Source of the DNA: Hypanus sabinus
Taxonomy: Eukaryota
NCBI RefSeq assembly: GCF_030144855.1
Contig: NC_082717.1
Coordinates: 106,516,001-106,580,000, forward strand
DNA length: 64,000 nt
Direction of reading: 5' to 3'
The first letter of the stretch is position 1; the number at the start of each line of letters is the position of its first letter. The notes below the pieces were generated by a model that worked only from the letters and a program-made list of their open reading frames with translations, did not search any database and was not told where the DNA came from. Position numbers and translations under genes: made by a program. Of this stretch, positions 38,689 through 53,004 are shown piece by piece.

Positions 38689-41149
38689 GTCTATACTACT
38701 GGGCAGCTAACATTCGTTGTCTTATCTTCTGGTCTTTTTTTTCCATAGCCAGTCTGAACGCCCTAAATGGGTAGCAATGGAGCTGAATTTCACTAAGGAT
38801 CTATCTATCTCTGCACTTCTTGGATCTGCACGCCCTGGTAGTTTGCCTAGACAAATTGTTAATCCTCTTGTTAGACATACTCTGCAAATATGGGCCCAGT
38901 TTAGGAAATGTTATGGTTTCTATGGTTTTTCCTTTCGAGTCCTATTTTACATAATCATCTTTTTCTACCTTCTATGCATGATTCAACATTTTATGATTGG
39001 TATAAAAAGGGCATTAGGTATTTTGAAGATCATTTCATTGATAATCGCTTCGTATCTTTTCAACAGTTTTCTGCTAAGTTTAATCTACCTAATGCCCATT
39101 TCTTTGGATATCTCCAAATTAGACACTTCATTAATCCTTTATTACCCAACTTCCCTGAGATGCCCGAGAAAAATGCTAAGGACTTGTTTCTTTCTATTAA
39201 TCCATTGTGCAAAGGTTTAATATCTTTTATTTGTGATAAATTAGTATCCTTAAGGTGCGCCCCTTTGGATAAAATCAGAATGGCTTGGGAGCATGACATA
39301 AATATCTCTTTATCTGATGAGGTCTGGGACTCGATTCTCAAGTCGGTTAACTCAACTTCTCTTTGTGCTCGCCACTGAGTTTTACAGTTTAAGATTGTTC
39401 ATAGGGCTCATATGTCCAAATCTAAATTATCTCGATTTTATCCAAATATTAGTTTTCTTTGTCATAAATGCAAAAGTGGCGAGGCTTCTCTCATTCGTAT
39501 GTACTGGACCTGTCCTAGTCTAGAGAAATTTTGGAGGGATGTTTTCTTAACTTTATCCTGTATTCTGAATCGCCACTTAGAACCTGACCCTTTAATTGCT
39601 CTTTTTGGTTTCTTGGCTGAGACAGATATACATTTGAGTTTGACTAAACGTCGAATATTATCTTTTGCTTCTCTCCTGGCTAGACGTCTAATTCTTCTGA
39701 GATGGAGAGATGTTGCCCCACCCACGCATGCTCAATGGCTTAACGATATTATATCCTGTTTAGAAATTGAAAAAATTCATTACTCAATTCTTAATTTGGA
39801 CATAAAGTTTCATAAGGTCTGGGGACCTTTTATTGAGTATTTTCATAACTTTCCTTTTGACTAAGTTTCTTTTTCAGTCCCTTGCTTTCAGCTTTTTTTT
39901 TGGTAGTAGGCATTATTATCTTCTGTTTTTAATTGTATTTACAGTTTTGGGGGTTTTGAATGTTCTGATTTATATTTCCTACATTTTGCTCTGGTTGGTC
40001 TGGAGTTTTTTTTTGCAGGGGTGGGGGTGGATACTAACTTTACACAACTTCAATTTGGGTGCTTTTTCAATTATTATATTTTGTATTATATTACCATTGT
40101 ATGTTTATCTTGCACTGTATTAATTTTCCTGTTTCGTTCTTGGGGGGGGGGGTTTCAGTGCTGTAGAAAATGCATTAAAAAATTTAAAAAAAAGTCATGC
40201 TGTGTATTGGCCTTCATCAACCGTGTGATGAGTTCAAGAGCCGAGAGGTAATGTTACAAATATATAGGACCCTGGTCAGACCCCACTTGGAGTACTGTGC
40301 TCAGTTCTGGTCACCTCACTACAGGAAGGATATGGAAACCATAGAAAGGGTGCAGAGGAGATTTACAAAGATGTTGCCTGGATTGGCAAGCATGCCTTAT
40401 GAGAATAGGTTGAGTGAACTTGGTCTTTTTTCCTTGGTGCAATGGAGGTTGAGGTGACCTGATAAGGGTGTAAAAGGTGATGAGAGGCATTGATCGTGTA
40501 TCAAAGGCTTTTCCCCAGGGCTGAGATGGCTAACATGAGAGGGCACAGTTTTAAGGTCCTTGGAAATAGGTACAGAGGCGATGTCAGGGGTAAGTTTTTT
40601 ACAAAAAGAGTGGTGAGTGCATGGAATGAGCTGCAGTGACGGGGGTGGAGGTGGATACAATAGGGTCTTTTAAGAGACTGCTGGATCTGTACACGGGACT
40701 TAGAAAAAGAGAGGGCTATGAGTTACCTGAGGTAATTTCTGAAGTAAGTACATGTTCGGCACAACATTGTGGGCTGAAAGGCCTGTATTGTGCTGTCAGT
40801 TTTCTAAACACTGAGGTAAAAAAGTTGCTCTTCAGGCCCATTAAGTCTTTAACCTCTCACAATACATTTATGTTCTTTATTTATTCTCTGCCCTGGATGA
40901 AAAAGACTGTGACCATTTGTCCTATCTGCACCCCTCACAGTTATATAAACCTCTAGAAGGTCACCCCGAAGCCTCCCACATTCCAGGGAAAACAGTCCCA
41001 GTCTATCCTTATAACTCAAACCCTGCAGTGCCAGTCACATCCTTATGAATGTTTTCTGCACCTTCTCCAGCTGAATCACATTGCTCCTGCAGCGAGGTGA
41101 CCAGAACTACACACAATACCCCAACTGCAATCTCACAATTTTGAATCTC

Positions 41150-41950
41150 ACAGTTCAAAGTTAATTTTGATATCAAGGTATGTATATGCTACCAAATAGT
41201 ACATTGAGATTTATCTTCTTCAGGCATTCACATAGAACAAATAAACTGCACACAAAGATTGACAAATTATGTAAATACAAATAGAAAAAACTAATGATTA
41301 TAAATAATAATACTGAGAATACGAGTTGTAGAGTCCTTGAAAGGGTGTTCAATGATCAGTTCAGCATTGTGGTGAGTGAAGATGTCCGTGCTGGTTCAGA
41401 GTAATAACTGTTCCTGACCCCGGCAGTGTGGGACCTTAGGCTCTTGTACCACCTTCTTGATGTTAGCAGTGAGAAGGGACCATGGTCTGGATGGTGGTCA
41501 TCCTTGCTGCTTTCTTGTGGCAGCACTCTTTGTAGATCTGGTCAATGGTGGAAGGCTTTGGCTCTCATGAATTGTACTTTTCATTCTTCAGCATTGGTGT
41601 TTCCATACTAGACCATGATGCAACCAGTCAGGATACCCTCCACCAGACATGACAAACCTATGCAGACTTCTAAGTAAAGGTGTCACCATGTTTTCTGTGA
41701 AGTGACCGTTACAAGCTGGTCCCTGAACATATCATCTGAAATGATAACATCCAGGAATTTCCCTCTGATGTAATGCCCAGAAATTTAAAGTTTCTACCCT
41801 CTCCACCTCTGATCCCCTAATGGGCACTGGCTAATGGATGCTCAGTTTCTTCCTACTCTGGTCAATAATCAGTTGGTCAGTCTTGTGCATGTTGAATGAG
41901 AGGTGGTTGTTGTGGCACCACTCACCCTGATTTTTCAATTTATATATGAC
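41150..41950 (-). mobile_element. Degenerate Rex1/Babar-like 3' fragment
   Basis: ccatactagaccatgatgcaaccagtcaggataccctccacc and ttcaaagttaattttgatatcaag end, similar to 5100-5990. Confidence 0.6.
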
Positions 41951-42136
41951 TTCAATTTCGGTGGTATATTTCATCATTTAAAATAAACCTATTAGCAAAG
42001 TACTATATATTACTACATACAACCTCCAAGATACATTTTCTTGTGAGCATATACTGTACAGTAAATCGAAGAAACACAATGAAAGACTGCACCCAACACG
42101 AGCAGGCGTAGGTTACCAATACTTTCAGGGCTGGCC

Positions 42137-42302
42137 TTCGATGCTGACATGGTCTCACAGCTGAACTACACTTTGCAGGACCCTTCGTTGCTGGAGACAG
42201 GAACCCACACGGTCTCACAGCTGAACTACACTCCGCAGGACCCTTCGATGCTGGAGACAGGAACCCACACGGTCTCACAGCTGAACTACACTCTGCAGGA
42301 CT
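42137..42302. repeat. 60-bp tandem repeat, ~2.7 copies
   Basis: Unit ggtctcacagctgaactacactNNgcaggacccttcgWtgctggagacaggaacccacac. Confidence 0.92.
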
Positions 42303-42639
42303 CTTTTATTCACAGTGTTCATCTTCCCTGGTTTAACTCCCCAAAACAGAGTCACAGATTTATACAATACAGAAATAGTTACTTTGGCCCAACTCATCCA
42401 GACCAATCAAGCTGCCAAACTCAACTACACCCAATTGCCTTCAGTTAGGCCATTTCACTCCAAATCTTTCCTCTCCATGTACCTGTTCAGACATATTTTA
42501 AATATTGTGACTATACCTACCTCTACAGCTTCCTCCACAGATCCTTCTGTGAGAAATATTGACCCTCGGGCCCCTAAAATCTTTATCCTCTCACAACATA
42601 TTTATGCCCTTTACATATCGACATCCCTCCAGTGAGGGG

Positions 42640-44160
42640 AAAAGACTCTGACCATCCGCCTTATTGATGCCCCTCATGTTTACATAAATCTGTACAAAGT
42701 CATTATACTCAGCCCTTATACTCCAGAGGAAAGTCCCCATATATCAATTCCCTGCTTATAACTCCAGCCCCAGAGATATCCTTGTCAATATTTTCTACTC
42801 CCTTTCCAGCTCAAATGACACATTTCCTGCGGCTCTGTGACCGAAACTGCACATAGTTCACCAACTCATCTCAGGACTGTCTTGTGCTCAGTCACATGAC
42901 CTCCAAGGAATTCTGCTCGTGCTCTGACTGGTGAAGGCAAACATATCAACTGTCTCTTCACCACCCTGTCTACCTACGTACTCACACCCCTTTGTCTCTC
43001 TGTTTTACAACACTCACCAGGGCCCGCCACTTCTGAAGCAGGCACCACCCCAATCTAAATGACCAAACTGGCTCACTTTGTCCTTGTCTGAGTTAAATTC
43101 CATCTGCCATTTCCTTGCTCATGTTCTTAATTAATCTATATCACAAACTTCAGAATTGTCCACAATACCACCAATTTGGTATCATCTGTGAATATACCAG
43201 TTGCACCATTTACATTCTGATCCAAATCCCCAATACATATGAGAAAAAAGAGAGCAGAGTGCTCTGATCTAAAACCAGAAGGGAGAATTCAAAAGGGGCC
43301 AAGCATGGAGAACAGACATTTCAGAGGGTCACAAGAACTGGAGGAAGGTACAGAGTGTTAATGTGAGGCTGCAGAAGAATTTATGTCTGATTGTTTATCT
43401 GTGCATGATTTAATAAACCTCTTTAAAATCAAACTCATCTTCCTGTGCTGCAGAGAAAACAGCCTATCCGTGCTCTCATTGGAACTCAAGCCCTCCAGTC
43501 CCAGTCACTTCTGTGTGAACTTTTCTGTGCCCTTTCCAGCTGAATCACATCATTCCTGTAGCAAGGTGACCAGAACTACACACAATACCCCAAGTGCCAT
43601 ACAACCAACATCCTGTACAGTTGTAACATAACATCCCAGTGCATATAATCAGAAGCTTGATCAAAGGCACACAAAGTCGTGCAATTTCTTCACCACCGTG
43701 TCTACCTTCATTGGCACTTTCAGGAATTCTATCCTGAGGTCCCTCCATTGTGCAACTCTGTCCAGGGCACAGCCACTTACTGTGTAGTCTTTTGCTCTGT
43801 TTTAACTGACTAAAATGTAATATTCAGCATTTGTCTGAATTAAATTCCACCTGTCATTTCCTGACCCAATTTCATAGTTGTTCTATGTCCCATTGTAACA
43901 TGAATGACCTTCTTCACTTCAGAATACTAGTAAACATACCAGTAAACATGCAATCTTAGTAAACATGCTAGATATATTCTCATCCAAATTGTCAATATAT
44001 TTGACTAACAAAATACACCGAAGTACCACTGGTTACAGGCCTTCAATCTAAAACAGTAATTTATTTATCAAAACAATCAATTTATTTATCAACAGTCACA
44101 TCCAAATCATTAATATACATAACAAACAACGGGGGACCAGGCACCGATCCCTGTGGTTTT
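42640..44160 (-). mobile_element. Very old CR1/L2-like fragments
   Basis: Repeated decayed motifs (gtgaccagaactacacacaata, ttaaattccatctgccat, tccaaatcattaatata); similar pieces at 1-330, 40900-41150, 56350-56740. Confidence 0.55.
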
Positions 44161-45570
44161 AAGTGATTAAAAGATCAAAACCAAATGGAAAGGCTCGTAA
44201 TTGAAACTAAAGCAGAGAATGCTGGATGCCCTCAGCAGCTCAGGAAGCATCTATGGAAAGAGGAAGAGAGTGAACATTTCAGGTCAGAGTTTGTAAAGTG
44301 AGGGAAAACAAAGTTAATTTTAATTTGCTGAAAAGATTGGCAAAGAGATCCTTGGGATGAAGTGAATAGCTGTCCCATCTGAGGGCAGGTCAAAAGAGTT
44401 AATGGGGACAGAGATGGTGAATATGATTGTCATATTGATCTGGTTTACATGATTCTAGTAGCAGAGGTTAGTTGATTCTCACTATTGCAGAATGTTACTG
44501 TACTTACAGGCCATTCAGCCCATCATCTCTATACCAACCAAATTAATCCTTTCTTCTAGTATTTGGCTTGTAGCCTGGATAATTCAAGTGTTTGAACAGA
44601 CATTTCTGAAATAACATCAGCAAATCTTGTCCTGCTATTCTCTCCGGCAGTGTTTTCCGGGTAGTCAGTGAACAGACCTCCTCAGATTCTCTCCCACTCT
44701 CTTGCCTTCTCAACCTATCACCCCACATCCCCCTTCCCATCCAGTGCATTATCTACTTCTGATGTGGGGAAAGGTCTTTGCAACCTATCCAAACTCTGCC
44801 CCTCATCATTTTCGATATGTAAATCATATCCCCTGGTAAGCAGAGATCAGTGCTGGGTCCATTTTTGTTTGTCATCCAGACCAACGATCTGGATGACCAT
44901 GTGGTAAAACGGATCAGCACATTTGCAGATGACAGCAAGATTGTGGGTGCAGTGGATAGCGAGGAATGCTATTGTAACTTGCAGTGTGATCTTGAAAGTG
45001 GAGTCACAGGTAGATAGGGTCGTAAAGAGAGCTCTGGGCACATTGGCCTTCATAAATCAAAACATTGGCTACAGGAGTTGGGATGTTATGTTGAGGTTGT
45101 ATAACACATTGATGAGGCCAAATTTGGAGTATTGTGTGCAATTCTGATCACTTATCTACAGTTAATCACCTGTCCCAGGGAACGTTTGAAGCTGTAACAA
45201 CAGAGAGAGTAAATGCATATTAACTAAACTTCAAACAATCAGGCGAAGTGGACGGGGTTTTGTGAAAGTGATTCCAAGTTTAACAATTACATTCGAATCT
45301 TTGGAGTAGGAACACAAGCTGCGGATAAAGGAAACAGTGGTTGTCCTGAACTGAGATGTCCATTTGATAAGCTGCTCCTTCACAGGGTATCAGGAAAATG
45401 AAAGCTCACCGTGAATACTGAACTTACTGGTGACTGAAAGAGAGAGGGGAACGTTAAGCTGAGAAGATGGGATAAGCAGGCAATAGAGAGACATTGTGAG
45501 AGGAAGTAGGATTGTACATTTTTGTAGGAAAATATGCAATAAAGCACATTTCTAGATGTTGAGAAATAGC

Positions 45571-45616
45571 AGAAGTTATCTGATGAAGTGGTTCCTGCCT
45601 GAAACGTTAACTCTGT
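45571..45616 (+). ncRNA. Hammerhead-like motif in a decayed Penelope-derived repeat
   Basis: agaagttat-CTGATGA-agtggttcctgcct-GAAAC-GTT-aactct; core intact, helices imperfect. Confidence 0.4.
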
Positions 45617-46030
45617 TAACGTTTGAAACTTCGACAGTTGCTGCCTGAGCTGTGTTTTACTTGAATTTCCGAACTCTGGCCTTTATTCTTTTTCCAGAAT
45701 AGCATTGGTTAATTTTCGGAGCATTAAGCAGAAATTTGAAGAGGTTTGGGTCAGTTATCCAGGGCGTTAGCTGGTAATGTCACTGACCGACCTTCGATAT
45801 CTCCTGTGCATCTGTTGTTTTTCCTCCGGGAGCTGGGTTTCTGTTCCGTTGCGGCCAAACCGTTGGAAAGTGGCGGTTGCGGATCATGAAGATGAGAAGC
45901 TGCTCTCCACTCTGTCTGTCACGGACTGTCTCCACCCCTTCCCTCTCTCTCTCCCTCCCCGCACTGCCCGTCACTCTGTCTCCTCCCCTCTCACTCTCTG
46001 CGCGTTTCTCGGACAGGTCGGGGCGCTGTG

Positions 46031-46037
46031 TATAAAA
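46031..46037 (+). promoter_or_regulatory. H4 TATA box
   Basis: tataaaa 55 nt before the ATG, preceded by caggtcgg (H4 site II-like). Confidence 0.8.
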
Positions 46038-46082
46038 GGCGACAGCAGCAGACAGTTCGTTACAGAACAACGACGGGAGTGA

Positions 46083-46403
<321 letters not shown>

Positions 46404-46435
46404 ACAAACCTTCCTTCTTCCAAACACAAAACAAA

Positions 46436-46451
46436 GGCTCTTTTAAGAGCC
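46436..46451 (+). terminator. Histone 3' stem-loop of H4
   Basis: caaa-GGCTCTTTTAAGAGCC-gccca; HDE ggagagagc. Confidence 0.95.
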
Positions 46452-46688
46452 GCCCACCAACTCACGGAGAGAGCAGTAACAGGGGAGAGCAGATCGAAGG
46501 CCATTGACCTGAAATGTTAACTCTTCAATATGCGATTTAAGTTTGAAACAAAAAGTTGATGAGGTTGTCAGGTAGTCTTTTACAATTACCCTAAGGGTAC
46601 TGTCTGAGCGGTATTGGGTCCCGAAATATACATGTTGCATTAAAGGTCTGGAGATTAAACTCCCATTCTCTAATGGTGAGTGTAATAA

Positions 46689-46747
46689 CCCAATCAGAGA
46701 GCGGCCTCATTTACCAATGAACAGCGAGCAGCAAGAAAAGCGCCAAA
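46689..46747. promoter_or_regulatory. Orphan double-CCAAT plus E2F-like module between H4 and H3
   Basis: cccaatcagagagcggcctcatttaccaatgaacag...aagaaaagcgccaaa, paralogous to the H2A promoter at 10518-10578. Confidence 0.55.
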
Positions 46748-47254
46748 GCACTTCAGTTCCCCGGATGGCCTGAAATTTGAAAAGCCCGCCGAAAATGTAA
46801 TTGTTGAACCGTTGTCTGCAAAAATATGTATTTACTTGTTCATTCGCTCTGTTTAACCGTGGTCTCGACTAGAAACGGGAGACGAAGGCTACATTTATTA
46901 AAACACATTCTCCATAACTAACAACCGCAAATACCTGGAAACCTTGCGTGTAATAACCAGCTGTACACGGCGGGGTTATGGGGACTCATACAGGGAGAAG
47001 TTTATCTCTGGTGTACAGGAACCCTGATGGCGAGGGAGTTTACCTCTGGTGTTCGCGCTGCCGAAAACCCAACGGCACCGAACTGCTCACTCTCAGTGTT
47101 AATTGGTTCGGGCCGTGTTAGTCTGTAGAAACCGAGATGTCTTATTGAACAATATTACACAAAACACCCACAGGAGAAGGTCAGAGGGAATCGGCGTGTC
47201 GATAACACAGCTGAGTGAATAGGAAATGATAGCCCTTTCCACTGCTGAGTTAGT

Positions 47255-47270
47255 GGCTCTGAAAAGAGCC
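47255..47270 (-). terminator. Histone 3' stem-loop of H3 copy 2
   Basis: Reverse complement GGCTCTTTTCAGAGCC-acta; HDE gtggaaagggct. Confidence 0.93.
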
Positions 47271-47299
47271 TTTTGTTGTGCTTGGTGCCGAGGCCGGAT

Positions 47300-47960
<661 letters not shown>

Positions 47961-48609
47961 TTGAAAGGCCGAGACAGAGAGGACCCGGAGTTGATGTTTC
48001 CTATAGCGGGTGAGGCTAGCACCAGAAGCACGGCCTCAGAATAGAGGGTTGTACCTCTAGAACAGAGATGAAAAGAGGGTGGTGAGTCGGTGGAAATCAT
48101 TTCAACATAAGACTGTGACGGCCAAGTCACTGGGTATATTTAAGGTGGAGCTTGATAGTTTTGTTTATTAGTGAGGATGTCAAAGGGATCATGTTGCAAT
48201 GGGGTTGAGAGGGATAATAGATGGAATGGCAGAGCAGACCTGATGGCCTAATTCTGCTCCTATATCGTATGGTCTAATACAACCACCTCACTGTACTGCA
48301 AGTGCACAGACCTATAGAACACAAGCTCTACCATCCCCCGCCCTCGAGTGACTGATGTGTGTCGACACTGTGCTGGGAGGTGTAATGTCCTGTGGGTGTA
48401 GTCTGGATCACTGAAGGGAGTAAAGGGAGATAACTGGTTGTAAGATCAGGGAATTGAGACAAGGTGGACTGATATAGAAGATGAGTTGAGACGTTATGCC
48501 GATTGGCCATGGTATGGAATTGTGGGCCAGGCCTGAGGGTCCTGTGACCAATTCCTACCCCTGTGGTAGTGTGTGGGCATGGGGCTTCACGAGGCGGAGT
48601 GTCGTACCT

Positions 48610-49500
48610 TACGATCACACATCGGCAGCGGATTGTATTGACACAACCATTTCCAACCCCTGTAACTGTAGAGCCACAGGACTTCCAACTCCCCACACAG
48701 TATAGATGTAATTGTCACCACCAGACCACTGTAGTGTGAGGACCCAGAACGATACAACATCCAGAACTGTACTGAAAGGACACAGAACATATGAACCACA
48801 ACCCTGTACCTTCAGGGCACAGTAAACTCCCCCCCCCCCCCCCCCACCCTCCACAAACACACACCACACTGTAGGAAACAGTCAGTAGTGTTCTACAAGG
48901 ATAATGAACACTAAGTCCTTCATAAGGACACAGACTGATAAACTCTCCACACTGTGGAGTGAGCACACAGGTCTGTACACAGCCAGTACTGTACTCCACT
49001 GTGAAATGCCAGTACAAACACAGTACTTCAAGGACAGAGACCTGTGTAACCTTGAGACTGGAGTGAAAGTTGTGGAATTGATCAGATAAGAGCAAAGAAT
49101 CTACTTCCCCTGGTGGCAGAGTCCAGAACAAGGAAGTAGGAGTCTGACTGTGCAGTGGGGATGTCAGAGTTTCACAGACAATGGCATCAGCCAAGTGGGC
49201 AGAGCAGACACAGATAGGAAATTAAATCACTGATGAAGCAGATGAACTTAGAGTGTTGATCAGCAGGAGAGTGTGTGGGATCGCTGCGGTCACAGGACAC
49301 CACTTCTCAGAGGAGAGAACATTAAGGTGGATAAATCCCTGGGACCTGATCAATTGTATCCTAGGATATTGTGTGATGTAACTGCAGGGGCTCTTGCAGA
49401 GAAATCTGTATCTCCTCAAGCCACTGGTGAGGTACCAGAAGACTAGGGGATGGCTGATGTCATACTGTTAATTTGGGCTGCAGTGAACCTGACAGCAGTC
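48610..49500 (+). repeat. Segmental duplication, copy 1 (copy 2 at ~53005-53760)
   Basis: ~180-bp core cacacatcggcagcggattgta...gaactgtactgaaaggac nearly identical in both, with collinear weaker homology beyond. Confidence 0.85.
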
Positions 49501-49824
49501 GTTGTGAAATGATCTTGCTGGAAGTAGAGGGAGAGTGGGAGTGGAGACCAGTGAACAGCGATGTGCACGGTGAGTGTTGCCGGATTAGCAGATGAACAAT
49601 CTGAATGGTAATGTTGTTAACATGAAGTCCTAGAGCGACAGACACACCTGTGTGCAGGGAATTCAGCTTGTACACTCAAGAAGGAAATGAGTAAGGCCAA
49701 GGGCTTTGGCACAGACCAATGGTTAGAACAGTTTTCCCTTGGTGGGGTGTCTGCAACAAGAGGACTTTGGCACAAGATGAGCAGAAGGAGGGTTCGAGGG
49801 ATCTGAGGAGGGAATTTTCTTTAT

Positions 49825-51170
49825 GTGCTTGATTTTCTTGATGGCAGAAATAGGATTAGGCCGAGCCAGCATGGATTTACCAAGGGCAAATCATGCTTGA
49901 CTAATCTGTTGGAGTTTTTTGAGGGTGTAACAAGGATGTTAGACGAGGGTAAGCCAGTGGATGTTGTGTACCTAGATTTTCAGAAGGCATTCGATAAGGT
50001 GCCACATAGGAGATTGGTGAGTAAAATCAGAGCTCATGGCATTGGGGGCAGGGTTTCAACATGGATAGAAAACTGGTTGGCAGATAGAAAGCAAAGGGTA
50101 GCAGTGAATGGGTGTTTCTCGGACTGGCTGGAGGTGACTAGTGGGGTACCACAGGGCTCCGTATTGGGACCACAGCTCTTTACGATTTATGTCAATGATT
50201 TAGATGAGGGCATTGAAAACCATATCAGCAAGTTTGCTGACGATACTAAACTGGGTGGCAGTGTGACATGCGAAGAGGACGTTAGGAGAATACAGGGAGA
50301 CTTGGATAGGCTGGGTGAGTGGGCAGATACTTGGCAGATGTCATTCAATGTGAATAAATGTGAAGTTATCCACTTTGGAAGCAGGAACAAGAGGGCAGAG
50401 TATTGTCTGAACGGTGTAGAGTTAGGTAAGGGAGAAATGCAAAGAGACCTAGGAGTCCTAGTTCACCAGTCAATGAAGGTGAATGAGCAAGTGCAACAGG
50501 CAGTGAAGAGGGCAAATGGAATGTTGGCCTTTGTTACAAGGGGAATTGAGTACAAGAGCAAGGATGTCCTTTTGCATTTGTACAGGGCCCTGGTGAGACC
50601 ACACCTGGAATATTGTGTACAGTTTTGGTCTCTAGGTTTAAGGAAGGACATTCTGGCAATTGAGGAAGTGCAGCGTAGATTCACTAGGTTGATTCCTGGG
50701 ATGGCAGGGCTGTCTTACGCAGAGAGATTGGAGAGATTGGGCTTGTACACGCTGGAATTGAGGAGATTGAGAGGGGATCTGATTGAAACGTTTAAGATAA
50801 TTAAAGGATTTGATAGGATTGAGGCAGGAAATATGTTCCAGATGTTGGGAGAGTCCAGTACCGGAGGGCATGGATTGAGAATAAGAGGTCAGTTATTTAA
50901 AACAGAGTTGAGGAAGAGCTTCTTCTCCCAGAGAGTTGTGGAGGTGTGGAATGCACTGCCTCGGAAGACGGTGGAGGCCAATTCTCTGGATGCTTTCAAG
51001 AAGGAGCTAGATAGATATCTGATAGATAGGGGAATCAAGGGATATGGAGACAAGGCAGGGACTGGGTATTGATAGTGAATGATCAGCCATGATCTCAGAA
51101 TGGTGGTGCAGACTCGAGGGGCCGAATGGTCTACTTCTGCACCTATTGTCTATTATCTATTGTCTATTGC
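49825..51170 (+). mobile_element. Young 5'-truncated CR1 with uninterrupted 415-codon RT/C-terminal ORF (49825-51072)
   Basis: QHGFTKGKSCLTNL, YLDFQKAFDKV, GVPQGSVLGP, KFADDTKL; tail ctattgtctattatctattgtctattg. Confidence 0.96.
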
Positions 51171-51664
51171 TGCCTGAGGAAGTGGTGGAGGCAGGTACAC
51201 TCTGTAAGCAGCAACAAGACCAGAAGCCGAGTGCCTCAGAGACTGTCTGTTACAGTATTTTAGCCAGTCTATAATATCATGTAGAGGACAGAGACAGAGT
51301 AAATTGGCACAGAAGAGGAACTGAGGCCTGAGACAGATCAGGCAGGTTCACATGGAATGGTGGGGCAGGGATGAGGGGTGACTTGTGCTCCTGTTGTCTT
51401 GTGTTCTGAGTGTGGTTCCCATCTGGGACTCCCTGCCTGCAGGGATGGTGAGGAAAAAACTGTTGGGGTGTTGAAAGGGGATTGGACATGTCCTTCAGGG
51501 GAAATAACCTGCAGAGCTGAGTGGGAGTGGGGGCTGGAACTGATGGGATTGCTGTATCAGGGGCTAGCATAGACAATGGTTCAAATGGCCTATCCAGTCC
51601 CAGAATGATCCTGTGCCCAGGAAATGTCTGTGGACCTTCTAAAGTCGAGGGCAGACAAAGTCGG

Positions 51665-52215
51665 TGTGAGGCTTTATGAAACACTGGTGAGGCCTCACTT
51701 GAGAACAGGTTTGGGCCCCTTATTTTAGAAAGGATGTGCTGAAACTGGAGAGGGTTCAAAGGGGGTTCACGAAAATGATTCCAGGATTAAACAACTTGTC
51801 AATGAAGAGTGTTTCATGGCTTTGGGTCTGTATTCACTGGAATTTAGAATAATGAGGGGTGACTTCATTGAAACCTATTGAATGGTGAAAGGCCTTGACA
51901 GAGTGGATGTGGAGAGGATGTTTCCTATGGTGAGACCAAGAGGGCACAGCCTCAGAATTGAGGGGCATCATTTTACAATGGAGGTGAGGAGGAATTTCTT
52001 CAGCCAGATAGTGGAATTCATTGCCACAGGCAGCTGTGGAGGCCAAATCCTTATATGTACTTAAGGCAGAGGTTGATAGATCCTTGATTGGTCAGGGTAT
52101 AGAGGGGAAGGCAGGAGATTGGGGCTGACAGGAAAATTGTCCCAGCCATGAAGGAATGGCGGAGCACAGTCAATGGGCCGAATGGCCTAATTCAGCTCCT
52201 ATATCCTGTGGTCTT
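51665..52215 (+). mobile_element. CR1 3' fragment
   Basis: KGLDRVDVERMFPMVRPRGHSLRIEG..RRNFFSQ. Confidence 0.85.
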
Positions 52216-53004
52216 ATAAGGCCACATTTCTGTAAAAACTCTGGCACTGCATTCCAAGCACACTGAGCTGTCAGAGCACAGCACAAGGACAGGGATTTAA
52301 CAAAACACAACACTGGATAATCCCAGCATTGCACTGTCACTCTGACCTATAAACACCAGCAGTGTACTGTAAGGATACAGACTGTTATGCATCCAGTTGT
52401 ACAGATAAGTGACGTCAAAAAAAATCTGCAAATATCAGAAGTGTAAAATCAAAATATAAAATGCCAAAACACTCACACATCATGCTGCATCTGGTAAGTT
52501 TCCAGCATTTTCAGGCTTCATTTCAGTCACCTGGACTCCCACTAAACTGGAACAGTGGAATACACCTGTTTTTCACACAGTGACATAACTGACACTGCGT
52601 GTGTGACCTGCACACCCCCACAGTGAACCAACAGGAAGCAAGGATACAACCCCTGCTCTGTCCTGTAATGGCACGGGATGGTATGAGGCGCGGAACAATT
52701 CCCTACCCTAGAGAGACAGGGAGGCAGGATAACTGGACGGAGTTAAAGAGGAGTGTGATACTGTAAATGTTTGAAAGATTGGCGATTGAGACCAACTAGA
52801 TGGACACAGAAGAGGAGTTGAGACTTGGGACCGATCAGCCATGATATGGAGGAATTTAACATGGAGGGTTATATGGCGGGCAGGGTTTAAGGGTAGGCAC
52901 AACATTGTGGGCCAAATGGCCTGTACTGTGCTGTATTGTTCTTCTGGTGTCCTACACCTGCTCCAGCTTCCCGTGTTTCTGTGGGCACAGGGCTTCATGT
53001 TGCA

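Larger units (their letters stand above)
35644..40191 (+). mobile_element. L1-clade LINE (ORF1 end, spacer, ORF2 C-terminus, A-rich tail), internally deleted and interrupted by Gypsy
   Basis: TSD aagtcatg at 35636-35643 and 40192-40199; ORF2 C-terminal CCHC-like CHKCKSGEASLIRMYWTCP; A-rich end. Confidence 0.85.
32445..40810 (+). mobile_element. Long degenerate CR1 (ORF1 esterase plus ORF2) split by a Penelope and an L1/Gypsy insertion
   Basis: VIGDSIVR, HIGTND, DGLHLN (SGNH esterase ORF1); APE and RT motifs 33000-35640; resumes at 40200 with LVRPHLEYCAQFWSPH. Confidence 0.9.
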
